Source: an uncultured Planctomycetaceae bacterium (GTDB lineage: Bacteria > Planctomycetota > UBA1135 > GCA-002686595). Taken from it: a stretch of DNA of 64,000 nt. Below the pieces are notes generated by a model. The model was not told where the DNA came from. It searched no databases and saw only the letters and a program-made list of their open reading frames with translations. The stretch lies in NCBI GenBank assembly GCA_964467985.1, contig CAYXTP010000004.1:152874-216873 (forward strand), written 5' to 3'. Positions 8,945 through 19,608 of this stretch are shown here, piece after piece. The position numbers were made by a program, and so were the translations under genes. Numbering within the stretch: the first letter of the stretch is position 1; each line of letters starts with the position of its first letter.

Positions 8945-10830
8945 CGCTTCATCTTCGGGTCAAGCGCATCGCGCACCGCGTCTCCGACCAGGTTGTAACA
9001 GGTGACGGTGATAAAGATCAGCACTCCGGGGAAGACCTGAATCCACCAGAACTGCGGGTTCTTGCTCTCGTTGACCAGGGCTCCCCACGAGGCTTCGGGC
9101 GGCCTTGTGCCAAATCCCAAGAAGGAGATGGCCGACTCGGTCAGGATGCCTGCGGCCACGGAGAAAGCCGCCGAGACCAGGACCGGACTCATGGCATTGG
9201 GCAGGACGTGGCGGAAGATCACACGCATGTCTGAGAATCCCAATGAACGGGCAGCTAGAACAAACTCCTGTTCCCGAAGGCGCATGAATTCGCCGCGCAC
9301 CAAACGCGCAGTTCCTGTCCAGCGAATCAAGGCGATAACAACAATGATGGCGAAGATCGGCTTGACGATCTTTGGGTCGGTGAACGCCATGGCCATCAAG
9401 ATCAGGAAGAAGGCCGGTAGAGATTGAATGATCTCGATGGTGCGCATGATGAACACGTCCACGCGTCCGCCAAAGTACCCGGCTATGGAACCGATGACGA
9501 CACCGAGGAAAGTCAGCAGAGCGGCGGACAGGATGCCCACCATCAAACTGACCCGGCCGCCCCACACAATGCGCGTGAACAGATCGCGGCCCAACTCATC
9601 CGTACCGGCGATTCGACGCAGAGGATGATTGACTTCCAGTTCACCGGACTTGACCTCCACGGGGAGGGCGGGCACCACATGTCCGGAGGGATCTCTCTCT
9701 CCGGCCGCTGCGGCTCGCGCCCCGCGCACGTAGCGTCCTTCGGGGTCGATCTCCGCGTCCGGGCGCCAGGTCGGCGGCCGGAAGTTGACCTCCGCGTCGG
9801 AGCGAGTTTCCGCCGAACCAAAGGCCACGGGCGCCCACACAACCGTGTCAGGTTGTTCGGCTTGCATGGGCTCCCCGGCATGAGTCAGCCACATGTCACC
9901 GGCGGCCAATGCACTCTTGTAAGGCGCCGTATCAAATGTGCTGGTCCCCAAATGGAACGGCGAAAGAATCCACATCAAGCTGCTCGCGATCGACACCAGC
10001 AACACGCCATAGAGCTTGTGACGTCGACGGCGTCGGATTCGGTCCCGATCGGAACGCAGCACAACACGGTTCAAGAATCGGTTCCAGGCAGGCCAGGCCA
10101 GGATCAGGAACCAGAACACCATGAAGAAGACTTCCTTCCCCGAGAGAGACTCCGTCAGGGGATGGCTCTTGTGTCCAAGCAATCGGATCCCGGTGGAATC
10201 CGGGTCGGCGGGATCCCAAGCCTTGAGGGATCGTCGGAATCCACGTGCTCGAGTCTTGGCCTCGGTGATCTTGGCCAGTGCCATCTCCGAGTCGTCCGCG
10301 TTGAAGGACTGCAGGCCAGCGGCAACCAGCGCGGCATAGGAATCCAACTCTGCTCGGGGACCCGCAGTTCCAGCATCGGTTCCTGCTTCTGCTACGGCAT
10401 CAGGCGGCAGGTACAGGCGCAGCGTGTCCAGGCGACTCGCTGCTGCGCCGCGTTCTTGCTCCAGGGCCCCAGACCGAGTCTGAGGCACCCCCTCCTTGCC
10501 CAAGGTGCCGGCGGATCGCAGGCGTTCACTGTATTCCTCGTCGGTCTGCTTGATCAGACTGCCCATGCCCGTGGTCACCGCTGAGAGCGAACTGGCGGCA
10601 GTGCGGAACGAGCGCAGGTCCACGGCCTCGATGACATACGGTCGGTCGTTGGCGAGGAAGGGCGCGTAGATCGCAGAAGCGTAGAGTAGCGCCAGCACGC
10701 TCAGCCCAATCTTGAACAGGGTGCGTTTACCCAGCTGCTCAAACACCAGGTCCCAGTAGTCCTTGGAATAGACCTGGGCCTCCAGGGCCTCCAGGGCCTC
10801 GCCCGCAGGCTGACTCTCGGGACTACTCAT
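8941..10830 (-). CDS. ABC importer permease, OppC/DppC-type, with an insertion of about 345 aa after TM1
   Basis: Canonical OppC elements are present ([21 protein letters not shown] and the C-terminal BPD-transporter core ending DALDPKMKR). At 629 aa the protein is about twice the usual length. Confidence 0.85.
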   Translation of the reverse strand: MSSPESQPAGEALEALEAQVYSKDYWDLVFEQLGKRTLFKIGLSVLALLYASAIYAPFLANDRPYVIEAVDLRSFRTAASSLSAVTTGMGSLIKQTDEEYSERLRSAGTLGKEGVPQTRSGALEQERGAAASRLDTLRLYLPPDAVAEAGTDAGTAGPRAELDSYAALVAAGLQSFNADDSEMALAKITEAKTRARGFRRSLKAWDPADPDSTGIRLLGHKSHPLTESLSGKEVFFMVFWFLILAWPAWNRFLNRVVLRSDRDRIRRRRRHKLYGVLLVSIASSLMWILSPFHLGTSTFDTAPYKSALAAGDMWLTHAGEPMQAEQPDTVVWAPVAFGSAETRSDAEVNFRPPTWRPDAEIDPEGRYVRGARAAAAGERDPSGHVVPALPVEVKSGELEVNHPLRRIAGTDELGRDLFTRIVWGGRVSLMVGILSAALLTFLGVVIGSIAGYFGGRVDVFIMRTIEIIQSLPAFFLILMAMAFTDPKIVKPIFAIIVVIALIRWTGTARLVRGEFMRLREQEFVLAARSLGFSDMRVIFRHVLPNAMSPVLVSAAFSVAAGILTESAISFLGFGTRPPEASWGALVNESKNPQFWWIQVFPGVLIFITVTCYNLVGDAVRDALDPKMKR

Positions 10831-12307
10831 TGCGAATGCGGGGGTCGACGAGAGAGTAGGTGATGTCGGAGAGCAAGATCCCCACCTGAGTCATGATGCC
10901 GACGAAGATGGTGACCGCCATGACGATGTAGAAATCCCGACGCAGCAAGCCCTCGAATGCGTACTTGCCCATGCCGGGAATGTCGAAGACCTTTTCCACG
11001 ATGATCGATCCGCCGATCAAGATGGGCAGGATCGAAGCCAACAGAGTCAGCACCGGGATCATCGAGTTGCGCAGAGCGTGCTTGTAGACGACCACTCTTT
11101 CGCTCAATCCCTTGGCCCGCGCCGTACGAATGTAGTCTTGCCGGATCACCTCGAGCATGCCCGCACGCATCTGGCGAGACAGGTAGGCCAGACTCCCGTA
11201 GGTGAGAGTCAGAATCGGGAGTATCGAGTGCTTGACCAGATCCCAGACATAGGCAGCGGACCCTAGGCTCTGTGCATCCTTGTCGTGCAGGCCGAGCACG
11301 GGCAACCAGTCCATGCCCGTCTTCCCGAAGAGCAGGATCAACATCAATCCGGCCCAGAAGGTCGGAATCGAGTAGAGGATGAAGAGCACGATCGTCAGAC
11401 CGCCATCGATCTTGGTGCCTTGCTTGCGCACGGAGAAGATGCCCAGCGGCAGGGCGATCAGGTAGCTCAGCAGGACAGCAACGGTTGAAAGCGGAACGGT
11501 TACCCACAGACGCGCTCCGAGCTCCTTGGCCACAGAAGTGTTGGCTTGCATCTCATTGCCAAGCTCGAGGCACAACAAGCCGCCCCAGGTGTCTTCACCT
11601 GTATTCTGAACTCGTCCGCCACCGCCTTCCTCGTAGTACCACCTGAACCAGCCGCGGATCCTCGCGCCCTGGCCCACTTGCTCCACGCGCGTTTCGTTCA
11701 GGGTGAGTTCAGAGCCAGAGACCTGCTCCAAGACGGCTCCCAGACGCTCGATTGCGGCCCCTCGTTCGTCCGTCTCGAGTCGCAACTCGTGCAGACTTGT
11801 CATCAAGGCAGGCAGACAGGCGTCACCCTTGGCGACCAAACGCCCCTCAGCCTCCTGCCAGGCGGATTCTGCAGCGTTGTCATCAAGCAATACAGCGCGC
11901 AGTTCATCCATCTCGCTGCGCTCACCCGGCGGCGTGTCTGGCAAGTACGCGATCAGGAGAGGCTTGCCTTCGCGGACGCTAGTGCCGTCGGGTAGTTCAA
12001 CCTCCTCTACCTTGCGTTCGCCATAGGGCGATGAGAAGAGCGAACAGCCATCCCGAGAGAGGTTCAGGGGTCCGATGTAATCCAGGAACTGGACTACGGG
12101 ATTGCGGTCGAGCCCGTGCTTGATACGGAACGCATCGATCTTGGACGCCGCATCGGAGTCGGTGGACATCTGCCCACCGGACGCCATGCCCATCATGACG
12201 GTGGCCGGATCCCCAGGCGCGAGGTGATAGATGCCGAAGACGACCGCCGCCACCCCCAGGGTGGTCGGGATCATCAAGAGCAGTCGGCGGAGGATAAAGG
12301 CCAGCAC
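10823..12307 (-). CDS. ABC importer permease, OppB/DppB-type, with an insertion of about 165 aa in the first periplasmic loop
   Basis: The N-terminus MLAFILRRLLLMIPTTLGV and the C-terminus DITYSLVDPRIR are canonical OppB. Size is 494 aa versus a typical ~310-330 aa. Confidence 0.85.
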   Translation of the reverse strand: MLAFILRRLLLMIPTTLGVAAVVFGIYHLAPGDPATVMMGMASGGQMSTDSDAASKIDAFRIKHGLDRNPVVQFLDYIGPLNLSRDGCSLFSSPYGERKVEEVELPDGTSVREGKPLLIAYLPDTPPGERSEMDELRAVLLDDNAAESAWQEAEGRLVAKGDACLPALMTSLHELRLETDERGAAIERLGAVLEQVSGSELTLNETRVEQVGQGARIRGWFRWYYEEGGGGRVQNTGEDTWGGLLCLELGNEMQANTSVAKELGARLWVTVPLSTVAVLLSYLIALPLGIFSVRKQGTKIDGGLTIVLFILYSIPTFWAGLMLILLFGKTGMDWLPVLGLHDKDAQSLGSAAYVWDLVKHSILPILTLTYGSLAYLSRQMRAGMLEVIRQDYIRTARAKGLSERVVVYKHALRNSMIPVLTLLASILPILIGGSIIVEKVFDIPGMGKYAFEGLLRRDFYIVMAVTIFVGIMTQVGILLSDITYSLVDPRIRNE

Positions 12308-12444
12308 GGCAGGTCGGCGAGGGGGAACCGGTTCGCGTCAGGGAATGGGTGCCGAAGATACACGACTCTGGACCACGTGTAGAGACCCGGCCTCTAGGAG
12401 TCTTCCTCCCGAGCTAGGCGAACTTCTGATCCGGGCCGGTGTAT

Positions 12445-14523
12445 CTAGCGGTCCAGCGTCGTGCGAGTCTCGTCTGTCGCCTGCCACAGATACCAGCGTC
12501 GGATCACGTAGCCTGGATCGATCGCCAGAGTCTGGAACCCACGAAAGCGTCGGTGCAACGCGAACTTCTGGGGCACGTTGTACATGAACAGGTAGGGGTG
12601 CACGTTCTCGTAGAGATAGCGGTGCATCTCGCGCCAGATGGCCATGCGCTTGTCATAGTCCAACTCCCGCTGGCCGGCGGCGATCAGGGCGTCCACTCCG
12701 GCATCGACGACCCCCGAGTTATTCGAACCGCGCACGTCATAAGCTCCCCACTTGGAATGCCAGAGCTGCTCCGGGTCACTTTCCAGCTGCGGCACCCAGG
12801 CCAGATTGACGCCGTCGAACTGGCGCGACCTCATCTTCTCCAGGAATGTGGCCCACTCCATCTGAACCATGTTGACCTTGATCTCGATGGCACCCAAGGC
12901 CTCCTGCAACTTCAGCCCAAAGTTCTTGGAAGCGTCGTTGCCCGAGGGCATTAGGAAGTCGATCTCCAGCGGAACACCGTCCTTGTCGCGAATTCCGTCG
13001 CCGTCCCGGTCATACCACTCTGCTTCCTCGAGCAAGTCGATTGCTCCATCGGGATCAAAGGGTAGGGGCTTGACGCTGTGATCGTAGGCATCGGAGTTGT
13101 ACGGGAAGGGCCCCGTCACGCGCCGGGCCAGGCCATTGTAGTTAGAGATTCGATAGGCCTCGTAGTCCATGGCCATCGAGATGGCTTTGCGCACGGCGAT
13201 GTCCTTCAACTGAGGCTTGTACAGGTTCCAGCCCGTGTAGCCGTAGGTCCCGAGGTACTTGTGACCCTTGTAATGGGTCGACTTGAAGTCCTCACCAGCC
13301 GTGCGTGCGCCGAAGTAGTCCGCCGACTTGATGCGCTCAAAGAAATCCAGCTCTCCATTGAGCAGGGCGTTCATGGCCGTTTCGTCGTCGTCGATGTAGC
13401 GCCATCGAATGGTGTCCACATAACCTGCGTTGTCGCGATCGAAGTACAGACAGTGGCCGTTCTCATCCACAAAACGCTCAGCCTGCACCCACTGCTGAGT
13501 CCATTCGGTCACTCGGTAGGGACCCGTACCGACGCAAAGTTGGTTGTGCGGGTTCTCGTTGATGAACTTCCCTTGCTTCTCCAGGGAGGCTGAGAGGTCC
13601 TTCTCGGGATTGTCGGAATCGGCGAGGTTGTAGATGTGACTGGGGATGATGGGCAACTCGATGCCAATGGTCCCGATGGCAAAAGCGTACTGCTCCTCGT
13701 AGAACATGCGCACGGTCAGGTTGTCGACAACCTCTGCCGCGGTGATTTTCTCGAACAGGAAACGGCTCTCGTCACAATCCACACTGGGGTTGGCGTAGAT
13801 TTCCCACGAGAACACGACGTCTTGTGCGTCAACGGTGTGGCGCTGCAGGGCCGCTGCCGCCGCCGGGTACTTGTCGGCGAAGACCAGCGAAGGATGCCAG
13901 AGGACGCCCTCACGCAACTTGAATGTGAACACGGCTCCGCGCTGGACGCTCTCGACGTCGTCCTTGGGAATTTCCTTGGGTTCACTCAGTGCCGAGCCTC
14001 TGGAAACGGGTGTCACGAGCCAAGACTCGCCTGCATCACTGACCTGGCCATAGAAGGCCCCCACCAGCTTGTGAGCGGACTGCCCTTCAACGACTTCTTG
14101 GCGTTTGACTTTGGCTTCAATCACGCCGCTGTCTGGGCCGTAGTTGTCACGAGAGGCGGCCTTGAGAACGACCAAGTCCTCGGTCACATAGCTCTCGGCT
14201 AGGCGCGGCCGGTAGTCGTGCCACTCCCAATCCTGGACGAGCAGGGTCTCACTCACCTCGTAGAGTATGCGTCGGGTGACAGCCGAGTTCTCGATAGGCC
14301 GGCAGATGCTCTCGGGCAATGACGCCAGGTGCACGATCACTCGGCCTCCGTACAGGGCCTCCGCAGGTTGGTCCCGGTCGGGGTGGAACACATCCACGGG
14401 TGCCTCACCAGGCCCCGCGACTTCGACCGTTTCACCGTCCTGTGAGTACGCCGGAGCGAGCAAGAGAGCCAGGGGCAGCAGGCCGGAAAGAACTCGAACG
14501 CGACCGGTCGTGAGACAATTCAT
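12445..14523 (-). CDS. ABC transporter substrate-binding protein, family 5 (peptide/nickel type), system 1
   Basis: Signal peptide, large SBP_bac_5-like sequence, and position at the head of the permease/ATPase operon. Size is 692 aa. Confidence 0.85.
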   Translation of the reverse strand: MNCLTTGRVRVLSGLLPLALLLAPAYSQDGETVEVAGPGEAPVDVFHPDRDQPAEALYGGRVIVHLASLPESICRPIENSAVTRRILYEVSETLLVQDWEWHDYRPRLAESYVTEDLVVLKAASRDNYGPDSGVIEAKVKRQEVVEGQSAHKLVGAFYGQVSDAGESWLVTPVSRGSALSEPKEIPKDDVESVQRGAVFTFKLREGVLWHPSLVFADKYPAAAAALQRHTVDAQDVVFSWEIYANPSVDCDESRFLFEKITAAEVVDNLTVRMFYEEQYAFAIGTIGIELPIIPSHIYNLADSDNPEKDLSASLEKQGKFINENPHNQLCVGTGPYRVTEWTQQWVQAERFVDENGHCLYFDRDNAGYVDTIRWRYIDDDETAMNALLNGELDFFERIKSADYFGARTAGEDFKSTHYKGHKYLGTYGYTGWNLYKPQLKDIAVRKAISMAMDYEAYRISNYNGLARRVTGPFPYNSDAYDHSVKPLPFDPDGAIDLLEEAEWYDRDGDGIRDKDGVPLEIDFLMPSGNDASKNFGLKLQEALGAIEIKVNMVQMEWATFLEKMRSRQFDGVNLAWVPQLESDPEQLWHSKWGAYDVRGSNNSGVVDAGVDALIAAGQRELDYDKRMAIWREMHRYLYENVHPYLFMYNVPQKFALHRRFRGFQTLAIDPGYVIRRWYLWQATDETRTTLDR

Positions 14524-14644
14524 GGTTGTTTTGGGAGGAGGGATCCGAATGACGCAGAGACACTAAGTAGGGACCTTCGGCACCCCAGTTACAGCCCTTG
14601 GCGGGCGACCATTGTTCGGAGAAGGTGAGGGATCGTCAAGCGCA

Positions 14645-14656
14645 CATGGGCCCATG
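14645..14656. promoter_or_regulatory. Perfect 12-bp palindrome CATGGGCCCATG in the divergent promoter region between the two SBP genes; candidate operator
   Basis: Read directly. It sits in the 177-bp gap between start codons at 14523 (-) and 14701 (+). No binding protein is known, so the call is speculative. Confidence 0.25.
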
Positions 14657-14700
14657 GGGTCTACCTTGCGGCGGCCCTGCCCTCTCAGTAGTCTGCTTCG

Positions 14701-16461
14701 ATGCCGACTCCGCAAGGTGCGCGCTTCAGGCGTCAAGGCCTCGCCGCCGCTCTCTTCGTCGGACTGTTCGGCGGGGTGCTGTATTTGGCCAGTGGCGCGC
14801 GCTTGAAGCCCGCGGACTTCACGTTCAATAATGGCACGGAAGTCACGACTCTCGATCCAGCCACGGTCACCGGCGTTCCAGAGGGACGCGTCTTGCGCGC
14901 GATCTTCGAGGGACTGGTGGTCAAGGACCCTCTCACCCTGGCGCCCGAGCCCGGCATGGCCGAGAGCTGGAATATCTCGGAGGACGGGCTGACGTACACC
15001 TTCCAGATTCGCAAGGAAGCCCGCTGGAGCGACGGCCACCCGGTCACCGCAGAGGACTTCTTCTACTCCTTCCAGCGCTTCCTGGACCCGCGCACGGCGG
15101 CCTACTACGCCTACCAACTCTGGTATGTACGGGGGGCAAAGGCCTACACCGAGCAAGTCGACGAGAAGGGTGCCCCGCTGAATGATTTCTCCAGCGTGGG
15201 CATCCGTACAGAGGGCACCCACACGCTGGTCGTCGAGCTCGAAGCTCCCACGCCCTTCTTCATCGACCTGATGGGGTTCTATCCGATCTTTCCCGTCAGC
15301 CGACGCAACATCGAGTCGGCCAAAGAGCAGTGGCCGGACTCCTGGGAGATTCGCTGGCTACGACCGGAGAACATCGTCACCAACGGCCCGTACAAGGTTC
15401 TCCACCGGCGCGTGAACGACCGCATTCGGCTGGTCAAGAATGAGTTCTACTGGGATGCAGACAACGTGGCTTTGGGATCCATCGACGTGTTGGCCATCGA
15501 GCAGGACGCGACGATGCTCAACGTCTACTTGACCGGTGGCGCCGATCTGATCGACCGAGTCAACACCAACGTCGTGCGCGAGATGATGGTGCGTGAGGAC
15601 TTCTCACCGGTCCCCTACTTGGGCACGTATTTCTACCGGGTCAACGTCACCAAGCCTCCCTACGACGACCCCCGGGTGCGCGAGGCCTTGTCCCTCACCA
15701 TCCCGCGCGAGCAGATCTCTCGCGACATCATGAAGATGGGGCAGATCCCCGCCTACGGGTTGGTCCCCCCGGGCATCCCAGGCTACAAGGGCGCCGAATG
15801 CCGCAAGGAAGACAGCGAACGAGCCCGAGCCCTGCTGGCGGAGGCGGGCTTCGCAGACGGTGAGGGGTTCCCGGCCCTCGAAATCCACTACAACACCTCC
15901 GAGGCTCACGCCCAGATCGCTCAAGTGATTGCCCTCTCCTGGCAGCGCGAACTGGGCATCCGTGCCAAGCTGCGCAACGAGGAGTGGAAGGTCTATCTCG
16001 ACACGCAAAACACCCTGAATTTCGATGTCTCCAGAGCGGCTTGGATCGGCGACTATGTGGACCCCAACACGTTTAGCGACATGTTTGTGACTGGGGGCGA
16101 GAACAACAAGACCGGTTGGGGCAACGCTGAGTACGACCAGCTAATCGCCGACGCGGCGGCCACAGTGGACCCGGCCCAGCGCATGGACCTGCTACACCAG
16201 GCGGAGACAATCCTGGTGCGCGAACTACCGATCCTGCCCATCTACTTCTATGTCACTCAGAACGTGGCGGCGCCGCGCTTGGGAGGCTACTTCGAAAACA
16301 TCCAAGACGAGCACTTCCCCAAGCACTGGTACTGGATGGATGACGAGGAACTCGCCGCCAAGCGCGCGGGGTATACGGGGGACAAGGAACTGGTCGATCC
16401 CCACGGTCCCCCGCAGGGCATGTACTCCCCCGCAGAAATGCGCCGGAGAGCAGGACAGTGA
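14701..16461 (+). CDS. ABC transporter substrate-binding protein, family 5 (OppA/DppA-like), system 2
   Basis: Signal/TM N-terminus and typical family-5 SBP sequence (TFNNGTEVTTLDPA, WSDGHPVTAEDF, GWGNAEYDQLI). Confidence 0.9.
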   Translation: MPTPQGARFRRQGLAAALFVGLFGGVLYLASGARLKPADFTFNNGTEVTTLDPATVTGVPEGRVLRAIFEGLVVKDPLTLAPEPGMAESWNISEDGLTYTFQIRKEARWSDGHPVTAEDFFYSFQRFLDPRTAAYYAYQLWYVRGAKAYTEQVDEKGAPLNDFSSVGIRTEGTHTLVVELEAPTPFFIDLMGFYPIFPVSRRNIESAKEQWPDSWEIRWLRPENIVTNGPYKVLHRRVNDRIRLVKNEFYWDADNVALGSIDVLAIEQDATMLNVYLTGGADLIDRVNTNVVREMMVREDFSPVPYLGTYFYRVNVTKPPYDDPRVREALSLTIPREQISRDIMKMGQIPAYGLVPPGIPGYKGAECRKEDSERARALLAEAGFADGEGFPALEIHYNTSEAHAQIAQVIALSWQRELGIRAKLRNEEWKVYLDTQNTLNFDVSRAAWIGDYVDPNTFSDMFVTGGENNKTGWGNAEYDQLIADAAATVDPAQRMDLLHQAETILVRELPILPIYFYVTQNVAAPRLGGYFENIQDEHFPKHWYWMDDEELAAKRAGYTGDKELVDPHGPPQGMYSPAEMRRRAGQ

Positions 16462-17447
16462 CGCGCTTTCTTCTGCGACGGCTGCTGTGGTTTGTGATCA
16501 CCATGTTCGTGGTGATGAGCGTCTCGTTCGTGCTCATGCGTTCGGTCCCCGGCGGGCCCTTCGACCAGGATCGCAATGTGGAGCCGGCGATCGAGCTCAA
16601 CTTGAAACGCAAGTACCACTTGGACTGGCCCATGTGGAAGCAATTCTTGCACTACGTCGGCCCCTTGAACCTCGATGAGCGTGGCATGTTCGGGGAAGGC
16701 GACCGCAAGGGTGAGAAGACCTTTGGCGGAGTCCTGTCGGGCGATTTTGGGCCTTCGTTTCGCTACCGCGACTTCACGGTCAACGACATCATTGGCCAGT
16801 CCCTTCCCATTTCCGCCCTGCTCGGGGTGATCGCGATGATGTGGGCCCTCTCCCTGGGCATCTCCACGGGCATCGCTTCTGCCCTGCGCCGTGGAACCGG
16901 TCTGGACCTGGCGATGCGACTGGCCGCCACCGGCGGCATCGCTCTGCCGAACTTCGTGATTGCTGGGTTCTTGATCATCTGCTTCGTGTTCTTGATACCC
17001 CTTTTCCCGGTGGCCGGTTGGGGTTCGATTCGGACCATGATCTTGCCTGGATTCTGCCTAGGTTTGGTCTTCGCCGCCTACATCTCGCGTCTCACGCGCA
17101 CGGGCATGCTTGAGGCGCTTTCCCAAGAACACATCCGCACAGCCCACGCCAAGGGACTCAGCCCACGCACCGTGGTGATGCGCCACGCGCTCAAGGGCGG
17201 ACTGTTGCCCGTAGTCAGTTACCTGGGCCCGGCAACGGCGGGCATCCTGACCGGTAGTCTGGTCATCGAACGCATCTTCTTCATCCCCGGCACCGGCTCG
17301 CACTTCGTCAACAGTGCCAACAACAGGGACTACACCCTGGCCATGGGAGTGACCATCCTCTACACGGTGCTGGTCTATTCCCTGAACCTGGTGGTGGACC
17401 TGATCTACACCCTGCTCGATCCACGCATCGCATTGGAGGACGAGTGA
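16458..17447 (+). CDS. ABC importer permease, OppB/DppB-type, system 2
   Basis: MTRFLLRRLLWFVITMF and LIYTLLDPRI. The GTGA overlap with the SBP stop is preceded by an SD-like GGAGAG. Confidence 0.9.
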   Translation: MTRFLLRRLLWFVITMFVVMSVSFVLMRSVPGGPFDQDRNVEPAIELNLKRKYHLDWPMWKQFLHYVGPLNLDERGMFGEGDRKGEKTFGGVLSGDFGPSFRYRDFTVNDIIGQSLPISALLGVIAMMWALSLGISTGIASALRRGTGLDLAMRLAATGGIALPNFVIAGFLIICFVFLIPLFPVAGWGSIRTMILPGFCLGLVFAAYISRLTRTGMLEALSQEHIRTAHAKGLSPRTVVMRHALKGGLLPVVSYLGPATAGILTGSLVIERIFFIPGTGSHFVNSANNRDYTLAMGVTILYTVLVYSLNLVVDLIYTLLDPRIALEDE

Positions 17448-18574
17448 GCTCGCCCACCAAGCAGGCGAAGACGCGCTGGGATCTGGGCGGCGGAGACCTC
17501 GATCGACTGCTCGAGGAGGCCAAGGCCAGCAGGGGCGAGAGCCTGTGGAATGACTCCTGGCGCCGGCTCAAGCGCAACAGGCCAGCCTTGTGGTCGCTGT
17601 ACTTCCTAGCGGCCTTCGCCCTGATCTCTGTCCTGGCGCCACTCCTGCCCCTGCGCTCACCAGTGGTGGTGAACACTTCCTTGGGCGCGCAGTCCCCAGC
17701 CTTTGCCTGGGGCGATGGGCAGTACCTGGAGGATGTCCCCCTGGAGGAGGAGATCACGGATCGTCACCTTCAGGATACTTATTGGGACTTGTCGTTCATG
17801 GACAAGGCCCTGGTGCACCTGCGGGTGGGGATCTTTGGCCGCTGGCAGACGGGCCACTGGTTGGGTACGGATCACCTGGGTCGCGACCTCTTGTCACGAC
17901 TGGTCTGGGGCAGCCGCACGTCGATCTTGGTGGCCTTGGCCGCCGCGCTCTGCAGCCTCCTGATCGGGGTCATCTATGGAGCCTTCTCCGGCCTGGCCGG
18001 TGGACGCATTGACAACCTGATGATGCGCATCGTGGACGTGCTCTACTCGATCCCGTTCATCTTCGTCGTGATCTTCCTCATCACGCTGATCTCCGACAAC
18101 CGAGCCCTGCTTGAGGACAAGTTGGGGCTCGATCGCGAGAAGGTGTTCTACTTGGTCATCGGCGCCATCTACTGGCTGACCATGGCGCGCGTCGTGCGTG
18201 GGCAGGTCTTGTCTCTCAAGAACTCCGAGTTCATCGAGGCCTCGCGCGTGATGGGCGCCTCTACCACTCGGATCCTGTTCCAGCACATCGTTCCCAACGT
18301 CCTGTCAATCGTGGTGGTCTACCTGACCTTGACGATCCCCTCGGTCATGCTCTTCGAGGCCTTCCTGTCCTTCCTGGGGCTGGGCATCGAACCGCCTAAG
18401 GTTTCCTGGGGAACCGTTGCCGCGGATGCCGCGACCGCCATCAATCCGCTGAGGATTTTCTGGTGGATGATCGTTTTCCTGTCCTTGGCCATGGGCTCCG
18501 CGCTCTTGGCATTGAACATCCTAGGTGACGGGCTGCGCGATGCCCTCGACCCGCGCATGAGGGGCAAAGACTGA
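17444..18574 (+). CDS. ABC importer permease, OppC/DppC-type, system 2
   Basis: [23 protein letters not shown] and a C-terminal [11 protein letters not shown]. An SD-like GGAGG lies upstream. Confidence 0.9.
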   Translation: MSSPTKQAKTRWDLGGGDLDRLLEEAKASRGESLWNDSWRRLKRNRPALWSLYFLAAFALISVLAPLLPLRSPVVVNTSLGAQSPAFAWGDGQYLEDVPLEEEITDRHLQDTYWDLSFMDKALVHLRVGIFGRWQTGHWLGTDHLGRDLLSRLVWGSRTSILVALAAALCSLLIGVIYGAFSGLAGGRIDNLMMRIVDVLYSIPFIFVVIFLITLISDNRALLEDKLGLDREKVFYLVIGAIYWLTMARVVRGQVLSLKNSEFIEASRVMGASTTRILFQHIVPNVLSIVVVYLTLTIPSVMLFEAFLSFLGLGIEPPKVSWGTVAADAATAINPLRIFWWMIVFLSLAMGSALLALNILGDGLRDALDPRMRGKD

Positions 18575-19608
18575 TGGCACTGCTCGACGTCAACGACCTA
18601 CGTGTGCGTTTCGAGACCCACCACGGCACGCTTCGCGCCGTGGACGGCGTCAGCTTTACCCTGGACGAGGGGGAGACCCTGGGACTGGTGGGCGAGTCGG
18701 GCTCCGGCAAGTCGGTCACCAACCTCGGCATCATGGGCTTGGTGCCCTCGCCACCGGGTGTGGTCGAGGCGGGCCACGTGCTGCTGGAAGGCCGAGATCT
18801 GGTGCAGATGAGCGAGGAACAGTTGCGCGGGGTTCGGGGCAACGACGTGGCGATGATCTTCCAGGACCCAATGACTTCGCTCAATCCGCTCTTGACCGTC
18901 GAGCGTCAATTGACCGAGGTCCTCGAACTGCACCGCAACATGACACGCGCGGAAGCACGCCGGGCGGCCGCCAAGGGTCTGGATGAAGTGGGGATCCCAG
19001 AGCCCGAGCGACGCCTGGATCAGTACCCCCACGAACTGTCAGGTGGCATGCGGCAACGGGTCATGATCGCCATGGGACTGCTGTGTGAACCCAAACTCCT
19101 GCTTGCGGACGAGCCCACGACGGCCTTGGACGTGACGATCCAGGCCCAGATTCTGGAGCTCATGAAGGACCTGCAGGAACGTCGCGGCACGGCCATTGTG
19201 TTGGTCACCCATGATCTGGGCGTGGTGGCCGGCATGGCCGATCGGGTGCATGTGATGTACGCCGGACGACTGGTAGAAACCGGGCCCATCGGGCCCCTGT
19301 TCAAGGAACCGCGGCACCCCTACACGCGTGGGCTGCTCAAGAGCGTGCCGCGCTTGACTGGCGATCCAGACCGGGCACTGGACTCCATCCAAGGCCAACC
19401 GCCAGACCTGGCCAACCTGCCCGCAGGTTGCGCGTTCGCTCCACGCTGTGGTTTTGTCACGCCCTCGTGTGAGATCGATCGACCCGCACTGATCCAGGCT
19501 CCGGACGCGGGAGACACCAGCAACTCTCGTCGTAGTGCGTGCTTCGAAACCAAAAACCTCCCGCCCGTCGCCACAGATGATCATGCTCAGCAGGGGACAA
19601 CGCGATGA
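18574..19608 (+). CDS. ABC transporter ATP-binding protein (OppD/DppD-like), system 2
   Basis: Walker A GESGSGKS, signature [12 protein letters not shown], Walker [13 protein letters not shown], and a 4-Cys C-terminal extension. Confidence 0.9.
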   Translation: MALLDVNDLRVRFETHHGTLRAVDGVSFTLDEGETLGLVGESGSGKSVTNLGIMGLVPSPPGVVEAGHVLLEGRDLVQMSEEQLRGVRGNDVAMIFQDPMTSLNPLLTVERQLTEVLELHRNMTRAEARRAAAKGLDEVGIPEPERRLDQYPHELSGGMRQRVMIAMGLLCEPKLLLADEPTTALDVTIQAQILELMKDLQERRGTAIVLVTHDLGVVAGMADRVHVMYAGRLVETGPIGPLFKEPRHPYTRGLLKSVPRLTGDPDRALDSIQGQPPDLANLPAGCAFAPRCGFVTPSCEIDRPALIQAPDAGDTSNSRRSACFETKNLPPVATDDHAQQGTTR

